From the NCBI GenBank assembly GCA_903873135.1, contig CAIQNH010000095.1, positions 1,327 through 65,326 on the forward strand: a stretch of DNA of 64,000 bases, given 5' to 3'. The notes below the pieces were generated by a model. That model was not told the origin of the DNA. It was given only the letters and a program-made list of their open reading frames with translations, and searched no databases. Below are positions 1 to 10,527 of the stretch, piece after piece (the first letter of the stretch is position 1; each line of letters opens with the position of its first letter). The translations under genes were made by a program, and so were the position numbers. Source of the stretch: an uncultured Actinomycetes bacterium. GTDB taxonomy: Bacteria > Actinomycetota > Acidimicrobiia > Acidimicrobiales > Microtrichaceae.

Positions 1-393
1 CAGTACCTGATCGTCATGGCCCTGTGCGTGGCCGTCACGCTCCCGCTCGAGTTCGTGCTCGGCGCGCGGGTCTACCGTCGACCTCGGCGCCTGCTGCGGA
101 CCATGGTGCCGACGTTCGCCGCCTTCGTGGCCTGGGACGTGGCCGCCATCCGGTTGGGTCACTGGACGTTCTCCCCCACCTACACCACCGGCTGGAAGGT
201 GGGGAACATCCCCGTCGAGGAGCTCACGTTCTTCGTGGTGATCCCCCTGTGCGCGCTGCTGAGCTTCGAGGCGGTCCGACAGGTCCAGCGCCTCGGCTGG
301 GTCGGGGCACTGCGCTCCGGGGTGCTGGGCCGGTTCCTGTCCGCCCCGGTGACCGCCGCCGCCGATCCCCGTTCGACCGAGGAGCTCGTCTGA
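1..393 (+). CDS. crtYc: lycopene cyclase domain protein, first half of a heterodimeric cyclase (probably 5'-truncated by the window edge)
   Basis: The frame is open from base 1 (QYLIV precedes the first Met at 16). Small polytopic protein with the cyclase-domain motif IPVEELTFFVVIP. A paralogous half and idi follow. Confidence 0.65.
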   Translation, partial: QYLIVMALCVAVTLPLEFVLGARVYRRPRRLLRTMVPTFAAFVAWDVAAIRLGHWTFSPTYTTGWKVGNIPVEELTFFVVIPLCALLSFEAVRQVQRLGWVGALRSGVLGRFLSAPVTAAADPRSTEELV

Positions 394-749
394 TGCCCTG
401 GTACACCGTCCTCACGCTGCTCGCCGTGGTCGCCGTCGTCGCCGCCGAGCTGCTCTGGATCCGCTCCGGCATCTTCCGCCGATCCGCCTACTGGATCGCC
501 GTGGGGATCTGCTGTGCGTTCCAGATCCCGGTCGACGGTTGGCTGACCAAGCTGAGCTCGGTGATCGTGATCTACAACCCCGAGGTCTTCTCCGGAGTCC
601 GGATCTTCTGGGACTCCCCCGTGGAGGACTGGGGGTTCGGGTTCGCGCTGATGACGCTGGCACTCGCACTCTGGGTACGCCAGGAGCCGGAGGCCGGGAC
701 CACCGGGGACCGGCCCGCACCGTCCGTCGAGGACCGGGTCCGCGGGTGA
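393..749 (+). CDS. crtYd: lycopene cyclase domain protein, second half
   Basis: The ATG at 393 overlaps the upstream stop (TGATG). Hydrophobic ~118 aa protein with the motif SPVEDWGFGFAL, in the frame of ORF 24..749. Confidence 0.65.
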   Translation: MPWYTVLTLLAVVAVVAAELLWIRSGIFRRSAYWIAVGICCAFQIPVDGWLTKLSSVIVIYNPEVFSGVRIFWDSPVEDWGFGFALMTLALALWVRQEPEAGTTGDRPAPSVEDRVRG

Positions 750-1294
750 GCGTCGGCGTGGAGGAGGTCGAGCTGCTCGACGGTTCCGGCCGGACGGTCG
801 GCGTGGCCGAGAAGCTCGAGGCGCACCGGGGCGAGGGGCTGCTCCACCGGGCCTTCAGCGTGTTCCTGCTCCGTTCCGACGGGGCGATGCTCGTGCACCG
901 CCGCGCCTCGGCGAAGCACCACTTCCGCGACCTGTGGACCAACTCCTGTTGCAGCCACCCCCGGCCCGGCGAGCCGATCGTCGACGCCGCCGTGCGGCGG
1001 GTCCGCGAGGAACTGGGCATCGACCTCGACCCGTCGTCGCTGCGAGAGGTCGGCGCGTTCGAGTACCGGGCCCGCGACGAGGACTCCGGACTGGTGGAGC
1101 ACGAGTGGGACCACGTGGTGCTGGGCCGGTCCGACGTGGACCCGGAGCCCGACCCGGCCGAGGTCGGCGACTGGCGCTGGGTGCGACCGGAGGACCTCCG
1201 GGCGGAGTTCGACGACGACCCGACCCGGTTCACCCCGTGGTTCCCGCTGGCCTGGAGCGTGCTGGACGACGCACTCGCCCCGACCGATTCTTGA
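746..1294 (+). CDS. idi: isopentenyl-diphosphate delta-isomerase, type 1 (Nudix)
   Basis: The GTG at 746 overlaps the upstream stop (GTGA). Motifs HRAFSVFLL, WTNSCCSHPRPGE and EHEWDHV. Confidence 0.85.
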   Translation: MSVGVEEVELLDGSGRTVGVAEKLEAHRGEGLLHRAFSVFLLRSDGAMLVHRRASAKHHFRDLWTNSCCSHPRPGEPIVDAAVRRVREELGIDLDPSSLREVGAFEYRARDEDSGLVEHEWDHVVLGRSDVDPEPDPAEVGDWRWVRPEDLRAEFDDDPTRFTPWFPLAWSVLDDALAPTDS

Positions 1295-1349
1295 TCTAGT
1301 CGGTCAGGTTTGGGAGAATCCTCGGACGCCACGAGCCGACGGAGGCCCA

Positions 1350-3154
<1,805 letters not shown>

Positions 3155-3155
<1 letters not shown>

Positions 3156-3883
3156 TGTCGGTCCGACTCGACGTGGCCAGCGAGTCCCCGGGCCACGACC
3201 CGGCACCCGGGCCCTTCACCCCGGCCTCGTTCACCGACGCGCAGCTGCGGGAGCTGTCGGCGGAATTCGAGTCGGCGGACGCGCCCGAGATCATCGACTG
3301 GGCCGTCGGCGCGTTCGGACCGCTCCTGTCGCTCACCGCGTCCATGACCGACGCCGTCCTGGTGGACCTGGCCGTGCGGGTCGCCCCGGCCATCGAGGTG
3401 GTGTTCATCGACACCGGCTACCACTTCCCCGAGACGCTGGAGACGGTCGAGTCGGTGCGCAGGCACTACGGACTGAACCTGCGGATCATGACGGTGGCGC
3501 CGCACGACGAGGCGCTGTGGGAGGCCGACCCGGAGAACTGCTGCTCGGCGGTCAAGGTCGGACAGCTCGACCGGGCGCTCGCCGGCAAGGCGGCGTGGAT
3601 GTCCGGCCTGCGGCGCGACGAGGCCCCGTCCCGGGCCGGCACCCCGATCGTGAGCCGCGACCTGCGGGGGCTGGTCAAGGTGAACCCGATCGCCAACTGG
3701 AGCGCCGAGCGGGTGGCGGCCTACGTGGCCGAGCACGACGTGATCGTGAACCCGCTGACGCTCCGGGGCTACCCGTCGATCGGCTGCATGCCCTGCACCC
3801 ACCCCGTCGCCGACGGCGACGACCCCCGATCGGGGCGCTGGTCCGGCTCCGAGAAGACGGAGTGCGGGCTGCACCTGGACTGA
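3155..3883 (+). CDS. cysH: adenylyl-sulfate (APS)/PAPS reductase, Fe-S type
   Basis: The ATG overlaps the sirA stop (TGATG). PAPS-reductase fold. The CC pair (CCSAVKV) plus CMPC indicates the Fe-S APS type; C-terminal ECGLH. Confidence 0.9.
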
Positions 3884-3890
3884 CCCCGGG

Positions 3891-4355
3891 TCAGTCGACC
3901 GGCGGGGACCAGTCGTCCTCGGCGAGCTCGAAGCCCTCGGGCCGGAACTCCGGCACGACCACGCAGGTGACCAGGGTCCAGTCCGCTCCGCCGACGGCGC
4001 GCTGCCACACCCCGGCGGGCACCACGTGCTGCGGAACGGCCGCTGCGTCGGTGGGACCTCCGAGCGGGTGGCGGGCCACCTCCGGGTCACCCTCGAGCCA
4101 CGTCTCGAGCACGAGCGGACCGCCGCCGCCGTGGATCCAGACCTCGGCGGCGTCGACCCGGTGCCACCGCGAGGCGGAGCCGGCGGCCTGCAGGTAGAGG
4201 ATCGCCGAGCCGGCGGCCCGGTCGGTCGAGCCGGCGTGGTGGACACCGGCGGGGTCCGGGTGGACCCAGGTGCGTCGGTACCAACCGCCCTCGGGGTGCG
4301 GCTCGAGCCCGAGACGTCCGACCAGCGCGTCGACGTCCGGGGTGGCGCCGCTCAG
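3891..4355 (-). CDS. cupin domain protein (DUF985-like)
   Basis: Motifs LGLEPHPEGGWYRR and VPAGVWQ. The listed ORF start at 4442 lies in a stretch with many A-ending codons that is coding in the upstream gene's frame. There is no ATG/GTG/TTG between 4442 and the conserved core. A CTG at 4355 overlaps the upstream stop (CTGA), so the start is uncertain. Confidence 0.6.
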   Translation of the reverse strand: MSGATPDVDALVGRLGLEPHPEGGWYRRTWVHPDPAGVHHAGSTDRAAGSAILYLQAAGSASRWHRVDAAEVWIHGGGGPLVLETWLEGDPEVARHPLGGPTDAAAVPQHVVPAGVWQRAVGGADWTLVTCVVVPEFRPEGFELAEDDWSPPVD

Positions 4356-5215
4356 GGCTCGTCCCCGTCGAGCACCCGGGGCAGGGTCTCCGGGGTGGCC
4401 GGACGTCCGTCGGGCCCCGTGGGGTGGTCGTTGTCGAACCACTCCGGGCCGGTCCAGAACCAGTCGTCGGAGACCACGGCGTCCATCGGGGCCTTCGCGA
4501 ACCCGTCGGGGTGGTGGTAGTCACGGTAGAGGTCACCCGAGCGGGGGCGGCCCGGCATCTGGAAGCCGTCACCGGAGTGCCGTCCCCGCTTGGAGAACGG
4601 GCCGAACCTCGGGCTGTCGGAACCGGGGACCATCGTCACCCAGAACGGGCCGACCTCGACCTCCTTGATCTCCTGGACGGGCCACATGCCGTAGAGGGCC
4701 TCCATCAGCCCGCGTGACGCCTCGTTGTCCTTGTGGGCGTAGCCGTAGACCCACCGCTTGTGCGGGTAGAACTCGTCCATGATCGCCCCCAGCTCGTAGG
4801 CGACCGTGAAGGCGACCGCCTGCCGCCGGAAGTCCGGGTGGGTCCAGATGTCCAGGATGAAGCACTCGTCCTTGGCCAGTCGGATGGGCAGCAGCCCCCG
4901 TTGCGCGTCACCGGGCTGGGGCGAGTAGGTGAGCATCCACATCTTCGACACGGTCGTGTCGGTCGGCACGTGGACGGCCAGCGCCACGAACCCACCCTGG
5001 GCGAAGAACGGCCGCATGAGCTCGAGCCGCTCCGGGGACTCGATCTGGGCCAGGTACGGGTCGAACGGATCGAACACCGCCCGGAACGCGAACTCGTCAC
5101 CGGCCGGCGGCTTCTCGTCGGCGATGAGCGGGAGCGGACGGGCGAAGATGATGCACTCCGTCACGCGGGGCTTGTAGCGATCGACCTTCCCGGCGATCCG
5201 ATCCACCAGCGACAC
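4352..5215 (-). CDS. GNAT-like acetyltransferase-fold protein with a ~90 aa C-terminal extension (function unknown)
   Basis: GTG start with AGGAGG 5 nt upstream and a TAGCGT hexamer further upstream. The segment ILDIWTHPDFRRQAVAFTVAYELGAIM followed by NEASRGLMEALYGMW resembles the GNAT motif A/B region. Assignment made by eye only. Confidence 0.5.
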   Translation of the reverse strand: MSLVDRIAGKVDRYKPRVTECIIFARPLPLIADEKPPAGDEFAFRAVFDPFDPYLAQIESPERLELMRPFFAQGGFVALAVHVPTDTTVSKMWMLTYSPQPGDAQRGLLPIRLAKDECFILDIWTHPDFRRQAVAFTVAYELGAIMDEFYPHKRWVYGYAHKDNEASRGLMEALYGMWPVQEIKEVEVGPFWVTMVPGSDSPRFGPFSKRGRHSGDGFQMPGRPRSGDLYRDYHHPDGFAKAPMDAVVSDDWFWTGPEWFDNDHPTGPDGRPATPETLPRVLDGDEP

Positions 5216-5300
5216 GACGTCCTCCTGGGTCCAGCGTCCCCCCGAACGCTAGCGGGCCGACGGGACCGAGCGGCCCCCGGCCACGAACGGGACGACGGAC

Positions 5301-6791
5301 TCAGACGAGGTGGTCCACGAAGCGTTCGAGCTGGCGGAGGTTGCGGCACTCGAACGTGCCGTCGCAGTGCACCCCGTACTCCCCCACGATCGAGTCGCCC
5401 GTGTCCCAGTAGGCCCGCGGTTCGGGGTTGAGCCAGTAGACGTGGCGGGCCCGGTGCCGCACCTCCTTGACCACCCAGCTGTTGGACGCGTGGTAGTTGT
5501 TCCGGGCGTCACCGAGGATGATCACGGTGGTCTTGGGTCCGATCTCCGTCCCCCAGCGCTGCCAGAACACCTCGAGCGCGTGCCCGTAGTCGGAGTGACC
5601 GTCGACCCAGACCACGTCGGCCTCGGTGTTGACCCGGTGGACCGCTTCGACGATGTCCTCGGTCCCCTCGAAGAACCGGGTGACCTCGTCGATGCCGTCG
5701 ATGAACACGAACGACCGCACCCGGGAGAACTGCGACGCGATGGCGTGGACCAGGTGCAGGGTGAACCGGGCGAACGCGGCCACCGAACCCGAGATGTCGG
5801 CGACCACGAAGATCTCGGGCTTGGACGGCCGGGGGTAGCGGAACCTCGGCTCGGCCGGCACGCCGCCGTAGCTCAGCGAGTGTCGCACCGTGCTCCGGAA
5901 GTCGAGCGGCCCCTTGCGGCCGTGCCGACGCTTGCGGGCGAGGCGGACCGCCAGGCGACGGGCGAGCGGCTGCAGGGCCTTGCGCAGCGAGATCATCTCC
6001 TCCCGGCTCGCGTGCATGAAGTCGATGTCCTCGGGGAGCGGCTTGCGCAGCGTCCGGGCCATGGCCTCGACGCCGCGATCGGCGACCAGCCGTCGGCGGA
6101 TCTCGGCCTCGATCTCCTGCTTGAGCTGGTCGATCCGGTGCTCGAACTCGTCGTGCTGGAGCCGTTCCTCGAGCTGGGTGAGGTCCTCCGGTGCGTCGCT
6201 GCGGGCCTGGTCGACGAGCCGCTCCAGCATCCCCTCGAGGTCCAGGTTCCGCAGCGTCCGGTACAGGTAGTACGTGCCGCCCACCGGTCGACCCGGTTCC
6301 ATCCCCGCGAAGCGTCGGACGGCCTGGCGGGCCATGGCCCGCACCATGGCGTCGTCGCCCTGCAGCAGCGCCTGGAAGAGCATCTGGGCGAGCTCCTCCG
6401 GGGTGAGGGCGTCGCCGGGGCCGCCCCGGTTGGCCGGACGCTCACCGGTCGGTCCGCCCTCGCCCTCCTCGAGGTCGTCGGGCAGCGCACCGGGCTCCTC
6501 GTCGCCGAGGGCGTACTCGCTGCCCCGGAGCGAGAAGTAGACCTCGAACACCGTGGAGAACGCCCGCCAGTGGGCGTGGTTCTTCACCATCGTGGCGGCG
6601 AGGGCGTACTTGAACGCCTCACGGTCGTCGAGCGGGATGCACCGGACGGCATCGGCGGCGTCGAGGTGCTCGGTGAGGCTCACCGGGATCCCGGCCTGGC
6701 GCAGCTCGACCACGAACCCGCCGAGCAGCTCCACGAGCGCGTCGCCCGGACCGGAGTCCACCCCCTCGGCGGTGGCCGGGGCGTCGGTCAC
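5301..6791 (-). CDS. vWA domain protein, CoxE-like
   Basis: 496 aa. GTG overlaps the MoxR stop (GTGA). C-terminal vWA with VVADISGSV; the tail WLNPEPRAYWDTGDS...CRNLRQLERFV is typical of CoxE-type vWA proteins. Confidence 0.85.
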   Translation of the reverse strand: MTDAPATAEGVDSGPGDALVELLGGFVVELRQAGIPVSLTEHLDAADAVRCIPLDDREAFKYALAATMVKNHAHWRAFSTVFEVYFSLRGSEYALGDEEPGALPDDLEEGEGGPTGERPANRGGPGDALTPEELAQMLFQALLQGDDAMVRAMARQAVRRFAGMEPGRPVGGTYYLYRTLRNLDLEGMLERLVDQARSDAPEDLTQLEERLQHDEFEHRIDQLKQEIEAEIRRRLVADRGVEAMARTLRKPLPEDIDFMHASREEMISLRKALQPLARRLAVRLARKRRHGRKGPLDFRSTVRHSLSYGGVPAEPRFRYPRPSKPEIFVVADISGSVAAFARFTLHLVHAIASQFSRVRSFVFIDGIDEVTRFFEGTEDIVEAVHRVNTEADVVWVDGHSDYGHALEVFWQRWGTEIGPKTTVIILGDARNNYHASNSWVVKEVRHRARHVYWLNPEPRAYWDTGDSIVGEYGVHCDGTFECRNLRQLERFVDHLV

Positions 6792-7732
6792 CTGCCCGTG
6801 ACCCCCGGCGAGCCGGCGGGCCGGCCGGGCCCGGGCTGGTCACCCGAGAGCTCCTTGGCGGCCTTGGCGATGTCGGACTGGTACTTGAGCAGGATGTTGA
6901 GCGTCCCGGTGGCCGTCTCGGCGTCGACGTGCTCCACGCCCAGCAGGACCAGCGTGCGCGCCCAGTCGAGGGTCTCCGACACCGACGGCGCCTTCTTCAG
7001 CTCCAGCTGCCGGATCGACCGGACGATGCGGGCGATCTCGTCGGCCAACGCCTCGCCCACGCCCGGCACCTTGGTGAGCACGATCTCCCGCTCACGGTCC
7101 ATGTCCGGGTAGTCCACGTGGAGGTAGAGACACCGGCGCTTGAGCGCCTCGGAGAGCTCACGGGTGTTGTTCGACGTGAGGAAGACCAGCGGGATCTGTC
7201 GAGCCGTCACGGTGCCGAGCTCGGGGATCGACACCTGGTAGTCCGAGAGGATCTCGAGCAGCAGCGCCTCGGTCTCGACCTCCACCCGGTCGACCTCGTC
7301 GATCAGCAGGACGACCGGGTCCTCGGCCCGGATCGCCTCGAGCAGCGGCCGGGTCAACAGGAAGTCGTCCGAGAAGATGTCGTCCTCGATGTCCTCCCAG
7401 CCGGACTGCTCCTCGGCGTTGCGGGAGGCCTGGATGCGCAGCAGCTGCTTCTTGTAGTTCCACTCGTAGAGCGCCTTGGACTCGTCGAGTCCCTCGTAGC
7501 ACTGGAGTCGGATCAGGCGGGCGTCGGTGATCTCGGCCACGGACTTGGCGAGCTGGGTCTTGCCCGTGCCGGCCGGACCCTCGACCAGGATCGGCTTCCC
7601 GAGCCGGTCGGCGAGGTAGACGATGCCGGCGATGCCCTCGTCGGAGAGGTAGTCGACCGACCGGAGGCGCTCCCGGACGGCGTCGACGGACTCGAACCGG
7701 GGGTCGGCGGCGGGGGCGGCGGTGTCGGTCAT
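6788..7732 (-). CDS. MoxR-family AAA+ ATPase (CoxD-like)
   Basis: Walker A EGPAGTGKT, Walker B LLIDEVDR, and the MoxR-type motif RLQCYEGLDESKALYEWNY. Confidence 0.9.
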   Translation of the reverse strand: MTDTAAPAADPRFESVDAVRERLRSVDYLSDEGIAGIVYLADRLGKPILVEGPAGTGKTQLAKSVAEITDARLIRLQCYEGLDESKALYEWNYKKQLLRIQASRNAEEQSGWEDIEDDIFSDDFLLTRPLLEAIRAEDPVVLLIDEVDRVEVETEALLLEILSDYQVSIPELGTVTARQIPLVFLTSNNTRELSEALKRRCLYLHVDYPDMDREREIVLTKVPGVGEALADEIARIVRSIRQLELKKAPSVSETLDWARTLVLLGVEHVDAETATGTLNILLKYQSDIAKAAKELSGDQPGPGRPAGSPGVTGR

Positions 7733-7839
7733 CGTCCGAGCCTACCGACGCGCCTCGGGACCCGCCGCATCCCCAGCATCCTCCCGGACCCGCGCCGTCG
7801 GTGCGGCCGTCGGCTGCGCCCGGCGCCGACGGATCCGGC

Positions 7840-9087
7840 TCAGGAACGCACCTGGCCGTCGCCGCGGACGACGAACTTGAGCGTCGTCAGCTGCTCGAGA
7901 CCCATCGGGCCACGGGCGTGCAGCTTCTGGGTGGAGATCCCGATCTCGGCACCGAAGCCGAACTCCTCGCCGTCGACGAAGCGCGTCGACGCGTTCCAGA
8001 GCACCGCGGCGGCGTCGACCTCGGCGAGGAACCGCTCGGCGGCGGCCGGGTCGGTCGTCACGATCGCCTCGGAGTGACCGGTGGTGGTGGCTGCGATGTG
8101 GTCGATGGCCTCGTCGAGGGTGTCGACCACCCGGACGCTCAGCTTCAGGTCCAGGTACTCGGTGGCGAAGTCCTCGTCGGTGGCCACCCCCATCCGAGGC
8201 ACCAGCGAGCGAGCCCGGGCGTCGCCGACGAGCTCCACGCCGTCCAGCGCCGCGTCGACCCGGGGGAGGAACTCCCCCGCCACGGCGGCGTGCACGACGA
8301 GGGACTCCGCCGCGTTGCACACCGACGGCCGCTGGGTCTTGGCGTTCGTGAGGATCCGCTCGGCCACGTCGAGGTCGGCCGCGGCGTCCACGTAGACGTG
8401 GCAGTTGCCGGCGCCGTCGATCACGTACGGGACGGTGGCGTGCTCGAGGATCGTCCGGATGAGGGACGGACCGCCCCGGGGGATGAGGCAGTCCACCGAG
8501 TCCCGCTGCTGCATGAACTCCACGGCCGCCTCCCGGCTGGTGTCCTCCACCAGGACCACGGCGTCCTCGGGCAGCCCGACCGACGCAACGGCCGAGCGCA
8601 GCACCGAAGCGACCGCCGTGTTGGAGTGGATGGCGGTCGACGAGCCCCGCAGGAACGCCACGTTGCCGGCCTTGAGGCACAGCCCGGCGGCGTCGGAGGT
8701 CACGTTCGGACGGGACTCGTAGATGATGGCGACCACGCCGAGCGGCACCCGCACCCGGGCGACCCGCAGGCCGTTGGGCCGCTCCCAGCTGTCCACCACC
8801 ACGCCGACCGGGTCGGGCAGGCCGACCACCTGACGGAGCCCGCCGGCCATGGCGGCCACCCTCCGCTCGTCCAGTCGGAGGCGGTCGACGAGGCCCGGCT
8901 CGATGCCGGCGGCCTCGGCCGACGCCACGTCGAGCCGGTTGGCATCCAGGACCGACTCGACCTCCGCCTCGAGCAGGTCGGCGGCCGCGGCGAGCGCTGC
9001 GTCCTTCTGCTCGGTGGGGGCCGCGGCCACCGCACGGGCGGCCGCTCGGGCCAGGGCGGCCTGCTCGGCGACGGTCGGCGCGGTCAC
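7840..9087 (-). CDS. proA: glutamate-5-semialdehyde dehydrogenase (gamma-glutamyl phosphate reductase)
   Basis: C-terminal 415 aa of ORF 7840..10428. GTG at 9087 is in frame. Motifs IYESRPNVT and RPSVCNAAESLVVH. Confidence 0.9.
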   Translation of the reverse strand: MTAPTVAEQAALARAAARAVAAAPTEQKDAALAAAADLLEAEVESVLDANRLDVASAEAAGIEPGLVDRLRLDERRVAAMAGGLRQVVGLPDPVGVVVDSWERPNGLRVARVRVPLGVVAIIYESRPNVTSDAAGLCLKAGNVAFLRGSSTAIHSNTAVASVLRSAVASVGLPEDAVVLVEDTSREAAVEFMQQRDSVDCLIPRGGPSLIRTILEHATVPYVIDGAGNCHVYVDAAADLDVAERILTNAKTQRPSVCNAAESLVVHAAVAGEFLPRVDAALDGVELVGDARARSLVPRMGVATDEDFATEYLDLKLSVRVVDTLDEAIDHIAATTTGHSEAIVTTDPAAAERFLAEVDAAAVLWNASTRFVDGEEFGFGAEIGISTQKLHARGPMGLEQLTTLKFVVRGDGQVRS

Positions 9088-9093
9088 CGGGCA

Positions 9094-9109
9094 AGGGTAC
9101 CGGTAGCCT
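9094..9109. promoter_or_regulatory. back-to-back -10 hexamers for divergent, essentially leaderless proA and AAA+ genes
   Basis: The intergenic region is only 30 nt. Minus strand: TACCCT (9099->9094) is 6 nt from the proA GTG. Plus strand: TAGCCT (9104-9109) is 8 nt from the GTG at 9118. Confidence 0.45.
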
Positions 9110-9117
9110 CCACCACC

Positions 9118-10527
9118 GTGGGAACCGGTCCGCTCGACGCCGTCGTGGGCGCCTTCGTCGACGAGGTGACCGACGCGCTCCTCACCGCCGCATCGGGAGT
9201 CGACTTCCTGGGCAGGGAGGAGGCGACCCGGCTCGTGTCCGTCGAGGCCTACCACCTGGCGACCGCGATGATCGACGCCGACGGCCGCCACACCGACGCC
9301 GAGCTCGAGTCGCTGCTCGACGCGTTCGCCGACCGGCCGGTCGGCGGCGACCTGGCGCTCAGCACGCCCGCCGACCTGCGGGAGCGCTCGATGCTGTCCG
9401 GTCGGGCCGCGTGGTTGGGGACCAACTCCGAGATGTTCAGCATCCTCGTGGGCAGCGACGAGCGGACCGGGGGCGCGCTCGCCCGCCGGTACTACGACCG
9501 GGCCCTCGACGTGGCGCACGTGGTGGTCTCGCTGGACGCGGTGCCGGCCCAGGCCGAGCTCGAGGCCATCTCCACGCTCCGCAACCGGATGATCACCGCC
9601 GTGCGAGGGGCCGAGCAGCAGCCGGGACGAACCGGCGCCGCTCCCGGCACGGCGGCCGCCGCCGTCGCCACCGCGGCGGCCCCGGCGGAGGAGGACCCCG
9701 GGCCCGAGCCGCTCGAGGACCTGCTCGCCGAGCTCGACGAGCTCGTCGGCCTGACGGCGGTGAAGCACCGGGTCCACCTGGTCGCCGACTTCCTGCGGGT
9801 GCAGCAGCTCCGGGCCGAGCGCGACCTCCCCCGCATGGAGACCTCGTACCACCTGGTCTTCACCGGCAACCCGGGCACCGGCAAGACCACCGTGGCGCGG
9901 CTGCTCGCCCGGATCTACCGCACCCTCGGCGTGCTCGAGCGGGGCCACCTGGTGGAGGTCGACCGGTCGGGCCTGGTGGCCGGCTTCGTCGGACAGACCG
10001 CTCCCCTGGTCACCGCCCGCTTCGACGAGGCGGACCAGGGGATGCTGTTCATCGACGAGGCCTACACGCTGGCCAGGGGCAACGAGAACGACTTCGGGCG
10101 GGAGGCGATCGACCAGGTCGTGAAGCTCATGGAGGACCGTCGGGACCGGGTGGTCCTGGTGGTGGCGGGGTACTCCGGCGAGATGGCCACGTTCCTCGAC
10201 GCCAACCCGGGCCTGCGCTCCCGGTTCCCGACCGTGATCGACTTCCCCGACTACTCCACCGACGAGCTCGTCGAGATCGTCGTCCGGCTCGGCGAGCGTC
10301 AGCGCTACGAGCTCGACGACGGGGCAGTGACCCGCCTGCGCGAACTGCTCGACGCCGCACCCAGGACCCAGGGGTTCGGCAACGCCCGCCTGGGGCGCAA
10401 CCTCTTCGAGGCCGCCGTGGCCAACCACGCCAGCCGGGTGATCCGCACCGGGTCCGATCCCACCACCGACGAGCTCACCACGCTGGTGGCCGAGGACCTC
10501 CCCACCGACTCGGAGGAGCTGCCGTGA
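9118..10527 (+). CDS. TerB-like N-domain fused to a CbbX/SpoVK-type AAA+ ATPase
   Basis: In-frame GTG at 9118 within ORF 7801..10527. N-terminal AYHLATAMIDADGRHTDAELESLL is TerB-like. Walker A GNPGTGKTT, Walker B MLFIDEAY, then VVAGY...RSRF. Confidence 0.8.
   Translation: MGTGPLDAVVGAFVDEVTDALLTAASGVDFLGREEATRLVSVEAYHLATAMIDADGRHTDAELESLLDAFADRPVGGDLALSTPADLRERSMLSGRAAWLGTNSEMFSILVGSDERTGGALARRYYDRALDVAHVVVSLDAVPAQAELEAISTLRNRMITAVRGAEQQPGRTGAAPGTAAAAVATAAAPAEEDPGPEPLEDLLAELDELVGLTAVKHRVHLVADFLRVQQLRAERDLPRMETSYHLVFTGNPGTGKTTVARLLARIYRTLGVLERGHLVEVDRSGLVAGFVGQTAPLVTARFDEADQGMLFIDEAYTLARGNENDFGREAIDQVVKLMEDRRDRVVLVVAGYSGEMATFLDANPGLRSRFPTVIDFPDYSTDELVEIVVRLGERQRYELDDGAVTRLRELLDAAPRTQGFGNARLGRNLFEAAVANHASRVIRTGSDPTTDELTTLVAEDLPTDSEELP

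Noticed and set aside
4356-4442. N-terminal extension of the cupin ORF starting at 4442.
   Set aside because: Codons in this stretch are rich in A-ending triplets (CGA, CAA, CCA, GGA), unlike genuine coding sequence here. The stretch is also the 3' end of the upstream gene in another frame.
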